Source: Gammaproteobacteria bacterium
GTDB lineage: Bacteria > Pseudomonadota > Gammaproteobacteria > Acidiferrobacterales > SPGG2
Length of the DNA stretch: 64,000 nt
Assembly: GCA_029861845.1 (NCBI GenBank)
Contig: JAOTYM010000008.1
Location: forward strand, 773 to 64,772
Direction: 5' to 3'
A program made the position numbers and the translations under genes. The number at the start of each line of letters is the position of its first letter. Position 1 is the stretch's first letter. Below the pieces are notes generated by a model that did not search any database, had not been told where the DNA came from, and worked only from the letters and a program-made list of their open reading frames with translations. Below are positions 17,509 through 24,933 of the stretch, piece after piece.

Positions 17509-18444
17509 ATGCTAAAGGTCGCAATTGTTCAAGAATCCTCCGTATTGCTGGATCGTCAAAAAACAATCGAAAAAGCGGTAAGTATGCTCGAACAGGCGGT
17601 AGCCGCTAGTGCTGAGCTAGTCATATTTCCAGAGGCATTTATTCCAGGTTATCCGGCGTGGATATGGCGTCTCCGGCCCGGTGGTGATTGGGGGCTAAGC
17701 GAAGCGTTACATGCTCGTTTATTAGACAATGCCGTCAATCTGGATGCCAATGATCTCGCACCGCTTTGCGATGCGGCAAAGAAGCATGAAATAACAATTG
17801 TTTGTGGCCTAAATGAAAAAGAGAGTCAACTTAGTCAGGCGACCCTTTATAACACTGTCGTAATAATTGGGTCAGAAGGGAATATCCTGAACCGCCATCG
17901 TAAGCTAATGCCCACTAACCCGGAGAGGATGGTTTGGGGGTTCGGAGATGGCTCAGGTTTAAACGTTGTTGATACGCCCAGCGGAAGAATCGGTACATTG
18001 CTGTGCTGGGAAAATTATATGCCTCTGGCGAGGTACGCCCTCTATTCACAAGGTATAGAGATGTATATAGCACCAACCTACGACAGCGGAGACGGATGGA
18101 TTGGAACGATGCAGCATATTGCTCGTGAGGGTCGTTGTTGGGTTATATGCAGTGGTGTAGTTCTAACAAATAGCGATATTCCCGCTGATTTCCCGGAAAA
18201 AGAAAACTTATATCCCAATTCGGAAGAATGGATTAATCCAGGTGATTCAGCAGTGATCGCACCGGAAGGTGAGATCGTGGCTGGTCCAATGCGTAAGGAA
18301 AAGGGCATACTTTATGCTGAAGTGGATCCAAAGCGTGTCGGTATCGCTAAAAGAGCGCTTGATGTTGCGGGGCATTACGCCAGGCCGGATATCTTCACGC
18401 TCCATGTAAACACCCAACCTCAAAGTCCGATCAAGTTTGAGTAG
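17509..18444 (+). CDS. Nitrilase (carbon-nitrogen hydrolase superfamily)
   Basis: Glu-Lys-Cys triad contexts VIFPEAF, HRKLMPT and LCWENYMP. 311 aa, with a good RBS context. Confidence 0.9.
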   Translation: MLKVAIVQESSVLLDRQKTIEKAVSMLEQAVAASAELVIFPEAFIPGYPAWIWRLRPGGDWGLSEALHARLLDNAVNLDANDLAPLCDAAKKHEITIVCGLNEKESQLSQATLYNTVVIIGSEGNILNRHRKLMPTNPERMVWGFGDGSGLNVVDTPSGRIGTLLCWENYMPLARYALYSQGIEMYIAPTYDSGDGWIGTMQHIAREGRCWVICSGVVLTNSDIPADFPEKENLYPNSEEWINPGDSAVIAPEGEIVAGPMRKEKGILYAEVDPKRVGIAKRALDVAGHYARPDIFTLHVNTQPQSPIKFE

Positions 18445-18562
18445 GTGGTCGTGAAATCTAACAACAGCGTCGAGTACCGTCGGTGCATAAAACGCGCCGC
18501 CGCTCACGTCGGCTGTTAATACTAACGTCCGCTTTTTAATTCTCGATTGACCCCTTTTGGCC

Positions 18563-18613
18563 GAAGGACTAAACGGCTCGCGCGGTAACCGGTAGCGAGC
18601 GGTTTAGTCCTTC
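18563..18613. repeat. Long imperfect palindrome (19-bp arms, 13-nt loop)
   Basis: GAAGGACTAAACGGCTCGC-gcggtaaccggta-GCGAGCGGTTTAGTCCTTC has one mismatch. The flanks extend the pairing by about 4 bp. No T-tract follows. Confidence 0.6.
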
Positions 18614-18743
18614 GACCCCGAGCCGTCCTTCCACTTCGCGGGTTCCGATGCCCGTTTTCTTGGGTCGCCTGCAGTTGGACGATGCATATCGCCTGAATCT
18701 CCGTTATATTCAACCAGCTCCAACCTAAAGAGGAGGTATCAAA

Positions 18744-19589
18744 ATGTTCGGACGTGTGTTGCGGCAGCTTTCGTTAGTGATCGCGCTCTTACTGACGCTT
18801 GTGATCGCCGCTCCGGCTTCGGCCGTCGAGATGACGTTTTACGGTAATCAGCACTTCAAGTTCGTTTCCGATGAAGGCAAGGTCATCCTCATAAATCCCT
18901 GGGTCAAGGGTAACAAGGATGCCCCGATGACCCTCGATTCCTACAAAAAGGGCGACGTGGATTTGATTCTTACTACGTCGGGGCATGGAGATGACCAGGG
19001 CAACGCAGTCGAGATCGCGGCGCGTACCGGTGCAACCATCTTCACCGTGGCCGAGCTTGGGGGCTGGATGCAAAGCCAGATCGAGAAGTTCGGCGGCTCC
19101 AAGAAGCAGATTTACCGAGGTGCCATCAGCGGCCGTTATAAAGTGGGAAACGTCGCGGTGCAGCTTATTCAGGCCGCCCATGGCACCGGCATCAGCACCG
19201 GGAAGGAAGACCATCCCGCGGGTTACTACGGAGGACCGGCATCCGGTTCGGTGATTACCTTCGAGAGTGGCCTTAGGGTTTTGATGGCCGGCAGCACAGG
19301 GCTTTCCATGGAGTTGCAGCTTTTCGGCATGCGCTTTCAACCGCACGTCGCCTTGGTGCCGATCGCCGGACGGTTCATGATGCATCCGGACGACGCGGCC
19401 TTCGCCACCAAACTGCTGATGACCGACAACCCCAATCTCAAGACGGTTGTTCCGCAACACCACCGCATTAAGGGGCGCCCCTCATGGATGGGGACACCGG
19501 CTGAGTTCGAGGCGGAGATCAAGAAACTTGGGCTCAAGGTCAACGTGCTATCCCCGGAGGTTGGAAAGACCTACGCCCTATCCAAGTAA
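18744..19589 (+). CDS. Secreted MBL-fold metal-dependent hydrolase (UPF0173-like)
   Basis: Signal peptide ..LLLTLVIAAPASA, HGDD-type metal motif (LTTSGHGDDQGN), strong RBS aagaggagg. Confidence 0.75.
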   Translation: MFGRVLRQLSLVIALLLTLVIAAPASAVEMTFYGNQHFKFVSDEGKVILINPWVKGNKDAPMTLDSYKKGDVDLILTTSGHGDDQGNAVEIAARTGATIFTVAELGGWMQSQIEKFGGSKKQIYRGAISGRYKVGNVAVQLIQAAHGTGISTGKEDHPAGYYGGPASGSVITFESGLRVLMAGSTGLSMELQLFGMRFQPHVALVPIAGRFMMHPDDAAFATKLLMTDNPNLKTVVPQHHRIKGRPSWMGTPAEFEAEIKKLGLKVNVLSPEVGKTYALSK

Positions 19590-19905
19590 AGTCGAAGCCT
19601 GTTTTATGGCATCGTCGCCGGATGTAGTCAATGCCGGGCGATTTCCCCTATAGGGGAGACTCTTTTTGCAAGTGCCGGGATGGCACGTATCACACTACGC
19701 TGGAGCGCCTAGACTGAGCCAATCAACATAGTTGGCTGCAATGCCGGGTAGAGCCTCCCTTGCACGAAGCCGCGGCCGGACAGCGCAGGTGCGCGCGTTT
19801 ATTTCGCGGCCTTACCTGCCCCCTCGATCGCCTCGCCTGCCGCGGTGACCGACTCTGCGTGCTTACCCTGTTCGTGGAGCGCCTGTCGATTTGTTGAATA
19901 GAGGA

Positions 19906-20257
19906 ATGCATGTGAAAGCGATCGTATACACAAAATACGGACCACCGGATGTTCTTCAGCTCAAAGAGGTAGCAAAACCTATTCCTAAAGACAATGAAGT
20001 CTTGATAAGAATTCATGCGGCAACAGTAACAAAAGGGGACTTCAATGATAAGCAGCAAGAAAGTAATATTTGAGTTTGCAAGCTACAAGACTGAAGATTT
20101 AATTTTCCTCAAAGAGCTTATTGAGGCGGGAAAGCTAAAATCAGTCATAGATAGACGCTATCCGTTGGAACAAGTTGCCGAGGCTCACAGGTATGTCGAC
20201 AAAGGACACAAGAACGGGAATGTAGTCATAACTGTGGAAAACAATAGCAAAACCTAG
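19906..20257 (+). pseudogene. Zinc-type alcohol dehydrogenase / quinone oxidoreductase (MDR family) with a large internal deletion
   Basis: The N-terminal ~45 aa (V)[43 protein letters not shown] run almost directly into the C-terminal ~60 aa ..[39 protein letters not shown] in another frame. The Rossmann core is missing. Confidence 0.7.
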
Positions 20258-20263
20258 AAAATC

Positions 20264-20323
20264 GCTGCACCCAACCGCTATTCCGCTGCGCTTCATAGCG
20301 CCAGGTGAGCTTTGTCGTTATGA
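20264..20323 (+). repeat. attC-like site 1
   Basis: ACCCAAC (20269-20275) ... GTTATGA (20317-20323). Internal pairings are GCTGCACC/GGTGAGC and CGCTAT/ATAGCG. It starts 12 nt after the stop codon. Confidence 0.5.
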
Positions 20324-20509
20324 GTAAAGACAGACAAACTGAATCGGAGACAGTGGCTCAAGATAGGTTTTGGCGCTACTGCGGGTGCCATGTCAACTAA
20401 AATATTTGGTAGCGAGTCCACACAAGGAGAATGCCGAACAGCCCAATATAAAGCCATGGGCCCGTTTTACCCGAACCAACCCCAGCTCCAAACCGAAAAC
20501 ATTAAATGA
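20324..20509 (+). pseudogene. N-terminal remnant of a Tat-exported intradiol-dioxygenase-like protein
   Basis: The frame reads ..NRRQWLKIGFGATAGAMSTKIFGSESTQGECRTAQYKAMGPFYPNQPQ..: a twin-arginine signal plus a GPFYP motif. It has no proper start (ATG 20320 is in another frame) and ends overlapping the next gene's start. Confidence 0.4.
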
Positions 20510-20811
20510 ATAATAAAATTAAAATACCAGAAGAACGGAATGAGACGATAAGAGAGGAATTATTGAGGTGGCTAGAGGGAAGAGAGCTTGCAATTGGAGA
20601 GTTGTCCAAAGTGGTAGGTAAATCTGAAAAAGAGATTTACGATCATCTAGAACAACTTCAGAAGTCAGGGCTTCTTGTAATAATTCCCGCTGAATGTGGC
20701 AAATGTGATTATATATTCGAATCGCGTGAGAAAGTAAAAAAGCCTAGTAAATGTCCAAAATGTAAGAGTACCTATATACAACAACCATTATTTACTGTGT
20801 CGTCAAGATAA
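20506..20811 (+). CDS. Small transcriptional regulator: winged HTH fused to a C-terminal zinc ribbon
   Basis: REELLRWLEGRELAIGELSKVVGKSEKEIYDHLEQLQKSGLL is a wHTH, followed by CGKC..(17 aa)..CPKC. Confidence 0.6.
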   Translation: MNNKIKIPEERNETIREELLRWLEGRELAIGELSKVVGKSEKEIYDHLEQLQKSGLLVIIPAECGKCDYIFESREKVKKPSKCPKCKSTYIQQPLFTVSSR

Positions 20812-20912
20812 CAAGACGAATTAAGCCTAGCAATGCAATCGAAGACGGACCAGAACTTCCCCCCAAGTAGTGGACACCGCTGATGTGGGCGTTATAAAGC
20901 TCCGAGTTATGG
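20806..20912 (+). repeat. Possible attC-like site 2 (weak)
   Basis: AGATAAC overlaps the stop codon and GTTATGG overlaps the next start codon. Internal pairing is poor and an alternative R' GTTATAA lies at 20891. Confidence 0.3.
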
Positions 20913-21577
20913 AAAACTTTGAGCTGATTATTTTTGATTGCGATGGTGTTCTTGTTGATAGCGAGCGGGTTGCCAACGAAGTGTTTGCGAAGATATTGAA
21001 GGAAGAATGTGGATTTTCACTTAGCCTAGAAGATATGTTCGAAACGTTCGTTGGGCGCGCTGCCGGGCAGTGTATGGAAATTATAGAGGATATGCTCGGC
21101 GCCAAACCTCCTCCAGGCTTGGAAGTGCGTTATAGAAAAGATATAAATAAGGCATTAAAGGAATCCGTCACGGCCGTTAATGGCATTGAGCACGCGTTAG
21201 CCGAGATTTCGATTCCATACTGCGTGGCCTCAAGTGGCTCCTACGAAAAAATGCAAACCACATTAGGTAAAACTAAATTACTCGAACTCTTCGAGGGTAA
21301 GCTCTATAGTGCGTCAGACGTTGCGCGTGGAAAGCCATTCCCTGATATATACCTTCACGCGGCTGAAAGCATGGGTTGCTCGAGTCCTCGCAGATGCCTA
21401 GTCATTGAGGATAGCCCATTAGGGGTTGAAGGTGCCGTTGCCGCTGATATGGTGGTGTTTGGTTATGCAGAACTAGTGAAAGAGGAAAAGCTTATCAAAG
21501 CTGGTGCACACCATACTTTTAGCGATATGAGTAATTTGGCTCATGAGATTGCGACTTATGAACACGCTGCCTTATGA
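20909..21577 (+). CDS. HAD-superfamily hydrolase (subfamily IA, phosphatase / beta-phosphoglucomutase-like)
   Basis: Motif I FDCDGVLVDS, motif III K (GKPFPDIY) and motif IV (EDSPLGVEG). Confidence 0.85.
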   Translation: MENFELIIFDCDGVLVDSERVANEVFAKILKEECGFSLSLEDMFETFVGRAAGQCMEIIEDMLGAKPPPGLEVRYRKDINKALKESVTAVNGIEHALAEISIPYCVASSGSYEKMQTTLGKTKLLELFEGKLYSASDVARGKPFPDIYLHAAESMGCSSPRRCLVIEDSPLGVEGAVAADMVVFGYAELVKEEKLIKAGAHHTFSDMSNLAHEIATYEHAAL

Positions 21578-21637
21578 CAAACGGTTTAACAGGAGCGTCA
21601 CGAAGAACACGCCGCCCGGTTAACCGAGATGTTAGGC
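21569..21637 (+). repeat. attC-like site 3
   Basis: The 3' half GGTTAAC-CGAGAT-GTTAGGC is a classical L'-spacer-R'. The 5' partner CGGTTTAAC has one extra T. The R'' position is ambiguous because it overlaps the stop codon. Confidence 0.55.
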
Positions 21638-21707
21638 GAACATGAGAGGAGGAGCGGTGGCTAGGCGCTGCGCGATGCAGGCGAATCAGAGTTCACATCT
21701 CTAATGA

Positions 21708-22172
21708 ATGAAGGGGAAGGCGCTCGACCAGATGGCAGCGCAGGCGTACCAACGTGAGGAGGCGAAGATGAAATCCGACACCCGATGGCTACGAATTTCC
21801 TACTGGGCGGGTGCGATCATCGACGGACTCGCAGCAGTTTCAATGCTTGCCACAGCTATCTTCGGCGTTGGCGGCATGCTGTCGGGTTTCTCCCCGGGTG
21901 CCGAGTATCGATATGCCATGGGTCTTGGCGGCTCCCTGATGGCCGGATGGACCGCGCTGTTGATCTGGGCGGACAGAAAGCCATTGGAGAGGAAAGGCGT
22001 CCTTCTCCTGACAGTGTTCCCTGTAATAACGGGCATTGTGCTCACAGGAATCACGGCTGTTCTGGCCGGTCTCGTTCCTCTCTTCAAGATGCTGCCAGGG
22101 ATCATCGTACCGACAGTCGTGGGTGTTCTCATGACCTTCGCCTACCTGGACGCCAGGCAGACGCAAGAATGA
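21708..22172 (+). CDS. Hypothetical membrane protein (4 predicted TM segments)
   Basis: Hydrophobic segments WAGAIIDGLAAVSMLATAIFGV, GGSLMAGWTALLIW, VLLLTVFPVITGIVLTGITAVLAG and IIVPTVVGVLMTFAYL. The likely start is the internal ATG (MKSDTRW). No family recognised. Confidence 0.5.
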   Translation: MKGKALDQMAAQAYQREEAKMKSDTRWLRISYWAGAIIDGLAAVSMLATAIFGVGGMLSGFSPGAEYRYAMGLGGSLMAGWTALLIWADRKPLERKGVLLLTVFPVITGIVLTGITAVLAGLVPLFKMLPGIIVPTVVGVLMTFAYLDARQTQE

Positions 22173-22261
22173 GTAGCCCAAAGAAAGACGCCACAAGCTA
22201 TGCCGGCCCTGTGAGGCCGTCAGTGCATTGGGTGGAACCGGCTTGGTGCCATCGGCGATCC

Positions 22262-22332
22262 GCCAAACCAGGGGTTGCAGCTGACGGGGCCAGCGCCGAT
22301 CATAGCCCCGCAGCTAAACGCCGGCGTTACAT
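22262..22332 (+). repeat. attC-like site 4
   Basis: GCCAAAC-CAGGG-GTTGCAGCTGACGGGGC-(14 nt)-GCCCCGCAGCTAAAC-GCCGGC-GTTACAT. The long L-stem has extrahelical bases and 5/6-nt spacers. Confidence 0.65.
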
Positions 22333-22446
22333 TTGGATAGAAGAGAAATGGACAACTTGGCTGCAGATGGGACTTACTATTTCAGTTGAGTTGGCGCAAA
22401 TGATGAGAAGCACAGAGCGATATGCGAGATCTAGGAGATTCATTAA

Positions 22447-22839
22447 GGATATCTCTGCGCACACGCCATTTACAACCTAGCAGAGCGGAATATTGAAGGA
22501 GCGTCAATCAGTTCGTATGGAGAAGCTTTGTATTGGGGGGTAGCCGCATTTTCTACAGCCGGAATTGCTGATACGCCGATATCTGGTACTGCACAGTTAG
22601 TTGGTGGCTTATGGATTGTTCTTGGTTCAGTGTTGTTCTTCGGAACCATTGTAGCAACTGTTACGAGCTATTTTATGAGACCAATGCAGCGCCCTCATAA
22701 AAAGATAATTGAGACGATAGAGTACAACCTCGAACAGTTAGATGCTCTGACGCTCGACGAGCTCGATTTATTAAAGGAAACAGTTGACACACCGATCGTT
22801 CATGTCGAGCGCTTAAAGGAAAAACGGTCAAGCGGTTAG
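22447..22839 (+). pseudogene. Potassium-channel-like pore domain protein lacking TM1, with a degenerate selectivity filter
   Basis: ..AIYNLAERNIEGASISSYGEALYWGVAAFSTAGIADTPISGTAQLVGGLWIVLGSVLFFGTIVATV is a pore helix plus inner helix. The filter reads STAGIAD instead of T(V/I)GYGD. There is no ATG and only a TTG at 22528. Confidence 0.5.
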
Positions 22840-22909
22840 TCGAAGTCTAACATACCGCCTGTCGGAGGCTCTTGGCTCGCATGCTCACGATGCAATTGAA
22901 AGCGATGAA

Positions 22910-22999
22910 ACCTAACAAGCAGCTTGAGTTCGCGCGCTACACGCGCCGGAGCGGCAAAACGCTGCGTGCTTTACCGGCCGTTCAGCCTTCTTGTTGGTC
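22910..22999 (+). repeat. attC-like site 5
   Basis: ACCTAAC-AAGCA-GCTTGAGTTCG...CGTTCAGCC-TTCTT-GTTGGTC. An alternative longer version starts at GTCTAAC (22845). Confidence 0.6.
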
Positions 23000-23045
23000 G
23001 GGTGCCAAGTGCGCCAGACGCTGATGCTAGACCAAGGGGGCTGTA

Positions 23046-24026
23046 ATGAAAACGCCTGACATTCCACAAGAGGATGAAGCTCGACTCAAGACGCTTAGGT
23101 CACTCAAGATCTTGGATACCCCGCCAGAGGAACGTTTTGATCGTCTGACGCGGATGGCGAAGCGGATGTTCGAGGTGCCTATCGCACTTGTCAGCCTTGT
23201 TGATGAAAACCGTCAGTGGTTCAAGTCCTGTGTTGGTCTCCACGTTAGTGAAACACCACGAGATATTTCATTTTGTGGGCATGCTATTCTCGGTAACGAA
23301 ATATTCTTCATTCCCGACGCAACAAAGGACGAACGCTTTGCAGACAACCCACTGGTTTTGAATGAACCCAATGTTCGTTTTTATGCCGGATGCCCACTGA
23401 GATCCTTGAACGGGAGCAAACTAGGGACGCTGTGCATTATTGACCAGAAACCGCGACGTCTTAGCGAGCAAGACCTCGAAGCATTGAAAGACCTTGCATC
23501 AATGGTGGAGCGCGAACTTGCAGCAGTACAACTGGCGACACTAGACGAGCTTACCGATATAACAAACAGGAGAGGCTTTATGATGCTCGCCCAACACAGC
23601 CTTAACCTCAGTCGTCGACAGGGAATTCCTGCGTCGTTGGTTTTCTTCGACCTAAACGAATTCAAATTGATCAATGACAAGTTTGGGCACGCTGAGGGAG
23701 ATAGGGCATTAATTGCCTTTGCTGACCAAATGAAAAACGCGTTCCGTAATTCGGACCTCTTCGCGCGGCTAGGAGGCGATGAGTTCGTCGTATTGCTCAC
23801 CAATACATCAAAAAAAATCGCAGAGAACATTATCGCGAAATTTCAGCAGTCTTTAGAGGAATACAGTCAAGAAGTTAATCGCGGGTATAATATTTCGTTC
23901 TCTCATGGCATCGTCGAATTTAGTCCTGACAAGCACCATACGGTTGAAGCATTGCTGGCCGACGGGGACTGGCTGATGTATGAACACAAAAGGCAAAGCA
24001 GTAATGTTGACAGCGAAAGGGGTTAG
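23046..24026 (+). CDS. GAF-domain diguanylate cyclase (GGDEF)
   Basis: The N-terminal GAF-like domain (VSLVDENRQWFKS..FCGHAI..) is followed by a GGDEF domain with an intact RLGGDEFVVLL active site. Confidence 0.9.
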   Translation: MKTPDIPQEDEARLKTLRSLKILDTPPEERFDRLTRMAKRMFEVPIALVSLVDENRQWFKSCVGLHVSETPRDISFCGHAILGNEIFFIPDATKDERFADNPLVLNEPNVRFYAGCPLRSLNGSKLGTLCIIDQKPRRLSEQDLEALKDLASMVERELAAVQLATLDELTDITNRRGFMMLAQHSLNLSRRQGIPASLVFFDLNEFKLINDKFGHAEGDRALIAFADQMKNAFRNSDLFARLGGDEFVVLLTNTSKKIAENIIAKFQQSLEEYSQEVNRGYNISFSHGIVEFSPDKHHTVEALLADGDWLMYEHKRQSSNVDSERG

Positions 24027-24043
24027 TAGCCTTTCTGTGGTCT

Positions 24044-24115
24044 GTCCAACCAGTCATGCCAGCGGACTAACAAAAAACGTCGCTTTCTGCCGTCGGCGGA
24101 ATTAGAAAGTTATCC
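24044..24115 (+). repeat. attC-like site 6
   Basis: GTCCAAC-CAGTC-ATGCCAGCGGAC...GTCGGCGGAAT-TAGAAA-GTTATCC. Its R'' is complementary (6/7) to the R' of site 5. Confidence 0.6.
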
Positions 24116-24127
24116 AGCTAGAGAAAA

Positions 24128-24688
24128 ATGAGTAAAGAACGGATTTCAAACGCAACTCTCCTAATCATCGACGTACAGAAGGGATTTGACAACGAAATTT
24201 GGGGGACCCGTAACAATCTTGATATGGAGGCAAACCTCTCCAGAATACTCGAGCATTGGCGAGGCCTTGGTCGGGCTGTGGTACATGTTCAGCATTGCTC
24301 GGTCGAGCCGAATTCCCCTCTACGTCCGGGACTCCCCGGCTGCCAATTTAAGGACGAAGTGCGACCGATGGACGGCGAACCGGTTTACCAGAAGATCGTT
24401 AACAGTGCGTTCATTGGAACGACACTCGAAGAGGACCTCAAGAAGAGCGGAATTCGGGAGCTTATAATTGTCGGTTTGACTACGAATCATTGCATATCTA
24501 CGACTGCTCGGATGGCGGGCAACCTTGGATTTGAAACCTTCGTAGTGTCAGACGCAACAGCGACCTTTGATAGAATTGGACCGGACGGCACGCACTATTC
24601 TGCCGAACAGATCCACGAAATCTCTCTCGCCAGTTTACATAACGAATTCGCGACTGTAGTAGATACTGACTCGGTAATTGCGTCCTAA
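24128..24688 (+). CDS. Isochorismatase-family cysteine hydrolase
   Basis: LLIIDVQKGF (Asp), K in YQKIVNSAF, and Cys in GLTTNHCISTTAR. This is the typical isochorismatase/nicotinamidase triad. Confidence 0.85.
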   Translation: MSKERISNATLLIIDVQKGFDNEIWGTRNNLDMEANLSRILEHWRGLGRAVVHVQHCSVEPNSPLRPGLPGCQFKDEVRPMDGEPVYQKIVNSAFIGTTLEEDLKKSGIRELIIVGLTTNHCISTTARMAGNLGFETFVVSDATATFDRIGPDGTHYSAEQIHEISLASLHNEFATVVDTDSVIAS

Positions 24689-24694
24689 TACGCT

Positions 24695-24793
24695 GGATAA
24701 CAAAACTTTCGAGCGGATCACGTGTGATGACAAAAAAATCAGAGGAATAAATGTAGTTTTTCCTTGTGCCCTCACTCAAAATAACCGTTAGAT
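24695..24793 (+). repeat. attC-like site 7 (last recognisable)
   Basis: GGATAAC-AAAAC-TTTCGAG...CTCAAAA-TAACC-GTTAGAT. Its R'' is the exact reverse complement (7/7) of the R' of site 6. Confidence 0.65.
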
Positions 24794-24933
24794 GCCACGC
24801 CCAATCGTGAATATGAACCGCGCGGGACTTCTGCGGGAGCGAGCGGTCAAAGTACTGCAAGGTCTCGCAAATCGAGCAACGAGCGTCCCACGGTTTCTTC
24901 ACTAAATCACTATGCTACATTTTTTATTTTGCC

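Larger units (their letters stand above)
19893..24793 (+). mobile_element. Integron-type gene-cassette array without integrase (CALIN-like), about 6-7 cassettes
   Basis: All ORFs are co-oriented and functionally unrelated. Each is followed by an imperfect palindrome that starts RYYYAAC-like and ends GTTRRRY-like. The R'' of each site is complementary to the R' of the preceding site (7/7, 6/7, 6/7, 5/7..). An abrupt shift to AT-richer DNA occurs at about 19890. No intI or attI was recognised. Confidence 0.6.

Noticed and set aside
18445-18743. A 300-nt structured leader before the MBL-hydrolase gene, considered as a possible riboswitch.
   Set aside because: I could not match any riboswitch consensus by eye. 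Only the long hairpin is reported, as a repeat.
19681-19697. TGGCAC motif that could be the -24 element of a sigma-54 promoter (rpoN is in the window).
   Set aside because: The required TTGC(A/T) at the -12 spacing is absent (TGGCAC-GTATC-ACAC).
21785-22480. 231-aa ORF overlapping the 4-TM protein gene and attC-like site 4.
   Set aside because: It overlaps out of frame, has an Arg/Ser/Gly-rich composition, runs straight through the palindromic site, and has no recognisable motif.
24498-24902. 134-aa minus-strand ORF between the last attC-like site and the att-like repeat (MKKPWDARCSICETLQYFDRS..).
   Set aside because: It runs antisense through attC-like site 7 and into the isochorismatase gene. 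No family was recognised. The first ~35 codons could be a relic, but this is unsupported.
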